Shown one piece after another: positions 60,231 through 64,000 of a DNA stretch of 64,000 bases; position 1 is the stretch's first letter, and each line of letters begins with the position of its first letter. Below the pieces are notes generated by a model, which saw nothing but the letters and a program-made list of their open reading frames with translations, had not been told where the DNA came from and ran no database searches. A program made the translations under genes and the position numbers. Origin of the DNA: Candidatus Bathyarchaeia archaeon (GTDB lineage: Archaea > Thermoproteota > CALKCG01 > B24); the NCBI GenBank assembly GCA_038870975.1, contig JAVZJD010000002.1, positions 480,001-544,000 on the forward strand. The letters run 5' to 3'.

Positions 60231-61898
60231 TTACTCTTTGTAGATGAGATAGTATCTGAGGAGCATGGTCGGGTCTAGAATTACTCCCCTTACGTTGGGC
60301 CAAAAGACTATGTGTAATATGCCTTGAAATAGCGGAATTACTGGGGCTTCCTTAGCCATAAGCTTCTGAATCTCTACGTAGAGCATAGCTCTCTCTTCAA
60401 TATCTATTCTAATACTTGCTTCATCTAGAAGCACGTCCATCTCGGGGTTGCTATAAAATACACCCATGTCAGGAGACCACTCGGAGTGTAAGAATATCGT
60501 CGTATAGTCGTCTGGGTCGATGTAATCTGGATACCATCCTAGAAGGAATATAGGCATAACACCCGCAGAAATATACTCGGCTGCATAGGTAGCCCATTCA
60601 GCACTCCTCAACGTAACTTTCATCATACCAGTTTCCTCAAGACTTTCTTTTATCACAGCAGCTACGTCTGCTTCTAAATCTCCATAATGCGTAGGTGTAT
60701 ACCATAGTTCAAATTCGAAGGGTTTCGTCTCACTATAACCAGCTTCCTGTAGTAAACTTCTAGCAAGCTCCAGATTTCTTTCACCATACTCTTCTTTAAA
60801 AGCATCTATATGACTCCACATACCTGCTGGAATCATACTGTATAGCGGTTGGACAGTACCCTTGTAAACCTCTTCAACGATTCTCCGTCTATCGATAGCC
60901 GCAGCTACGGCTCTCCTTAGACGGACGTCATTAAACGGTGCATCTTTGCATCTTAAGACCAAGTACCTGATGTAGGGTCCAGGTACTTCCTCCACTGTTA
61001 AAACTCCCCTGCTCTTAAGGTCTTGAATATCCATGGGTCTTAGAGTCCTCCAAGCTATATCTACTTCACCCATTTCCACCGCCAATCTTAGGGAGGCAGC
61101 ATCTTTATAGAATTTGACAATGAATGTAGAAGTCTTCGGTGGTGGACCATAGTAGTCTGGGTTTGATTCCAATATTAACTCTACGTCTCTAACCCAGCTC
61201 TTGATCCTGTACGGTCCATAGTGGCCTACTGTGGGTTCTGCGACAGCATCTGGTGGGTAGGATTTGGGGCTTACTGGAAAGTATGGAGGAGTTGCCACTA
61301 GAGCTGGGAAGTAGGAGACTGCCTTTTTAAGTATGAATCTGACAGTATAAGTATCCACGACTTCAACTTCGTCAACAAAAGCTGAAACGAGCCATGAAGG
61401 GTCTAATCCAAGCTTCATAACCCTCTCTATAGAGTATTTAACAGCTGAAGCGTCTAAGTCAGCGCCATCTGTAAATTTTAATCCCTTTCTAAGCTTAAAT
61501 GTATAGATTTTTCCATCGGGGCTTACATCGTAAGATTCAGCTATTCCAAGCTCTAGTTCAGTCGTTCCCGGCTTGTATTTGAGCAAACCCTCGCATATGT
61601 TATTGAAGACTTCCCACGTATAGAAATCGTAGGCTTTGGCGGGATCTAATACCGTAATCTTATCAGTAGTACCCATGATTATTGGTTTAGGCTTCACGAC
61701 CTCCTCTAAGGCTTTAATCCGTTCGCCAAGAGTGCTCGCAAGCTCCTCCATGGAGGCTCTTATACTTTCCTCAGCAGATTTTATCTCTGATAGAGTAGTT
61801 GAAAGGGTTGCGATGTAACTTAAAGTAGCGATAGAGACTATTAGAGTAAGAAGCATCAATACTATTAGGATCTTTTCAAGTGTTGTAGCAGATGGCAT
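60231..61898 (-). CDS. ABC transporter substrate-binding protein, family 5, with an N-terminal TM anchor
   Basis: LDPA, YTFKLRKGLKFTDG, GPY, RRAVAAAIDR and WYPDY. Confidence 0.9.
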   Translation of the reverse strand: MPSATTLEKILIVLMLLTLIVSIATLSYIATLSTTLSEIKSAEESIRASMEELASTLGERIKALEEVVKPKPIIMGTTDKITVLDPAKAYDFYTWEVFNNICEGLLKYKPGTTELELGIAESYDVSPDGKIYTFKLRKGLKFTDGADLDASAVKYSIERVMKLGLDPSWLVSAFVDEVEVVDTYTVRFILKKAVSYFPALVATPPYFPVSPKSYPPDAVAEPTVGHYGPYRIKSWVRDVELILESNPDYYGPPPKTSTFIVKFYKDAASLRLAVEMGEVDIAWRTLRPMDIQDLKSRGVLTVEEVPGPYIRYLVLRCKDAPFNDVRLRRAVAAAIDRRRIVEEVYKGTVQPLYSMIPAGMWSHIDAFKEEYGERNLELARSLLQEAGYSETKPFEFELWYTPTHYGDLEADVAAVIKESLEETGMMKVTLRSAEWATYAAEYISAGVMPIFLLGWYPDYIDPDDYTTIFLHSEWSPDMGVFYSNPEMDVLLDEASIRIDIEERAMLYVEIQKLMAKEAPVIPLFQGILHIVFWPNVRGVILDPTMLLRYYLIYKE

Positions 61899-62043
61899 AA
61901 AAATCTTCCCCGTTTTTGAATATTTTTCTTTAAAAGATTTAAATTTTATTCTTCAGAGATTTAAACATTTTAATCAAAACTTAAACGTACCCTTAGAATA
62001 AACCATAGAAAAGTTCAGTGATAAAGTAGGTTTTTACGTTAAA

Positions 62044-62883
62044 CTACATGGATACTGCGACGCTCAGAAGTATCAAAATAGCTCCCAAAGCCTCTATCAA
62101 GTTGAGTGTTTCTTGGAGTATGAAGAATGCGAATATCGATGCAAAAACTGGTTCAAGTAGAAGTATTACACCTGTGAACTCTGGAGGGACTACTTTTTGA
62201 GACCAAGCTTGAATATAAAATGCGAAGGCCGTAGCGACAACACCCGTATACATCACTGCTATTACTGTACTATTCTCGGGTTTTATCCAATTTTCCCCGA
62301 TGAATATGGAGAACAACGCTGAGAGTATTAACACTGAAATAGATTCAGAGTATGCGAGCCCCAATGCGTCCGATTTTTCAGACAATCTACCTACTAAGAG
62401 TATTTGTAACGCCCATAGAAAGGCGCATATAAATGTCAGCAAGTCGCCGATTGAAGAAGAAGTCATCTTATAGGCTCCTGTTAATAAAGCTAATCCCACC
62501 ATGCCTAAGGCTATACTGAAAATAGCCTTTAAACTAGGCTTTTTACGGAAAAGTAGCAAGCCCAACAGGGGGATAAGCGGAGTATTTAAACTCGTTATGA
62601 AGGCTGAGTTTATAGCACTCGTATATTTTATTCCGAAGACTTGAAATAGGAAGCCTAGAAATACTACAACCCCAAGGCCTAAACCCTCTAGATTAGGGTA
62701 TAGTCTTCTTCTCGTCAACAATAAAATCGGTGTAAATATTAGCAAAGCGACTGCAAATCTTAAGAACAGGAAGAAGAAGACGTCTAAACCTGATACGGCA
62801 ATCTTCATAGCTGGAAAAGTTCCACCCCATGAAGCTGCAAGTAAGATTAAGGCAAGTCTTCCCTTTAACTCTCTCCTCCTCAA
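62044..62883 (-). CDS. EamA/DMT family transporter
   Basis: Two EamA repeats with WGGTFPAMK, GDLLT and LLEPVFA. Confidence 0.88.
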   Translation of the reverse strand: MRRRELKGRLALILLAASWGGTFPAMKIAVSGLDVFFFLFLRFAVALLIFTPILLLTRRRLYPNLEGLGLGVVVFLGFLFQVFGIKYTSAINSAFITSLNTPLIPLLGLLLFRKKPSLKAIFSIALGMVGLALLTGAYKMTSSSIGDLLTFICAFLWALQILLVGRLSEKSDALGLAYSESISVLILSALFSIFIGENWIKPENSTVIAVMYTGVVATAFAFYIQAWSQKVVPPEFTGVILLLEPVFASIFAFFILQETLNLIEALGAILILLSVAVSM

Positions 62884-63108
62884 CTGGTAAAACTCCTATT
62901 TCACGATGACTTAAAACCTTTTCAATGCTGATTGAGCTCTATACAAATTGCAACACGTTAAGGGTTTATATTTGATGCTTCATGGGCTCTTCCATTAATA
63001 CGTTGGAAATGATGAATTTACATAACCAAGGTGTAAATGATTTTCGCCATTTCAACATAAAGCCTAAAACTATATTTAAGTAGCTTGTGAAAAAATATTC
63101 TGGGTGTG

Positions 63109-64000
63109 ATGGTGGATAAGCTTAGAGTGGGATTTATAGGTTCTGGTTTCGCTACTAGATTTCACATATTGGGTTGGGTGGGTGTTAGAAACGCCGAAAT
63201 CACAGCCATATATAACATTAGAGAAAGAAGTGCCCGTGAGCTTGCATCTTTAGCTGAAAATCTTGGCGTAGGTAAACCGAAAGTCTACACGGATATTTTT
63301 GAAATGCTCTCCAGTAAATCTGTGGATGCCGTTTGGATAGCTAATCCAAATTTCGCAAGGTTGGATGTTGTTAAATCAATAGTTGAAGAAGTTAAACAGG
63401 GTAGAAGCGATTTAATAGGTGTCTGCTGTGAAAAACCTTTAGCTAGAAACGTGGATGAGGCTGAAGCCCTTGTAAAAATGATTGAAGAGGTGGGCCTTCT
63501 CCACGGGTATCTTGAAAACCAGGTTTTCATGCCTTCCGTGGTTAAAGGTAGAGACATACTATGGAGATATGGCGCTAGGTATACGAAGAGACCCTACTTA
63601 GCTAGAGCCGCTGAAGAACATGGTGGGCCGCATTCATCTTGGTTTTGGAATGCTAGACTTTCCGGTGGAGGAGTTATGCTAGACATGATGTGCCACAGCT
63701 TAGAAGCCGCTAGATTCCTACTGAGCAATCCAGAGGATTCTAAAAGCTCTTTAAAACCTAAAACAGTTTACGCTGAGATAGCTTCACTTAAATGGGCTCA
63801 GGAGCCTTACGTCTCAACGCTTAGAGATAGATTTAGAGGAGAGGTAGATTATTCGAAGGAACCTGCTGAAGACTACGCTTTGGCAATTGTAACATATGAA
63901 GCGGAGGACGGCAGTCTAATAGTATCGGAAACTAGAACCTCTTGGAGTTTCACAGGACCAGCTCTTAGATTAAGCTTCGAAGTTTTAGGTCCAGAATACT
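63109..64000 (+). CDS. Gfo/Idh/MocA family oxidoreductase, 3' end runs off the window
   Basis: Not in the ORF track. MVDKLRVGFIGSGFATRFH...CEKPLARN...GGGVMLDMMCH. Confidence 0.88.
   Translation, partial: MVDKLRVGFIGSGFATRFHILGWVGVRNAEITAIYNIRERSARELASLAENLGVGKPKVYTDIFEMLSSKSVDAVWIANPNFARLDVVKSIVEEVKQGRSDLIGVCCEKPLARNVDEAEALVKMIEEVGLLHGYLENQVFMPSVVKGRDILWRYGARYTKRPYLARAAEEHGGPHSSWFWNARLSGGGVMLDMMCHSLEAARFLLSNPEDSKSSLKPKTVYAEIASLKWAQEPYVSTLRDRFRGEVDYSKEPAEDYALAIVTYEAEDGSLIVSETRTSWSFTGPALRLSFEVLGPEY

Noticed and set aside
63005-63045. ATGATGA plus an ATTTACA/TGTAAAT inverted repeat as an sRNA
   Set aside because: No D box. It may be an operator between divergent genes, but the evidence is too weak.
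1-64000. CRISPR array, rRNA, transposase or integrase
   Set aside because: No regularly spaced repeats, rRNA-like sequence or recombinase ORFs were seen.

Overview
Archaeal chromosomal window. Ribosomal proteins eS6/uS15/P0/P1, aIF5B, Spt5, Rpp21, Nep1 and DGGGP synthase establish the domain. An orphan MtrH, URO-D-family paralogs, a WOR5-type tungstoenzyme and a DUF6785-like transporter suggest a thermophilic, anaerobic Bathyarchaeia-like organism (inference). About 1-15.5 kb is accessory metabolism: Thermotoga-like GH3, WOR5 plus Fe-S subunit, a URO-D-like protein, NikR, GNAT, PHP, a membrane-anchored GH123/DUF4091-like enzyme, MscS and two decayed VapBC loci. A tRNA-Ala(CGC) at 15632-15706 is followed by a pseudogene-rich region of about 8 kb. 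This holds an att-like duplication of the tRNA 3' end, a motif-degenerate KaiC-like protein, and an orp-like (Mrp/NifX/MinD-type ATPase/radical SAM) cluster with a divergent Cys-rich Lrp regulator, bracketed by a diverged duplication of the mtrH 5' region. About 23.6-33.7 kb and 43.6-56.1 kb are core genes: rps6e, infB, gltX, the leu operon, cysS, rps15, nrdJ-cobO, the L11/L1/P0/P1 operon, argF, ftsY and pfdA. 33.9-43 kb is a peptide/sugar catabolic cluster, and 56.3-64 kb holds a Dpp/Opp ABC system, EamA and a partial Gfo/Idh/MocA gene. No CRISPR array, rRNA, integrase or transposase was seen. leuB and rpl11 appear to lack ATG/GTG/TTG starts for their conserved N-termini. All family calls come from motif recognition without database searches.
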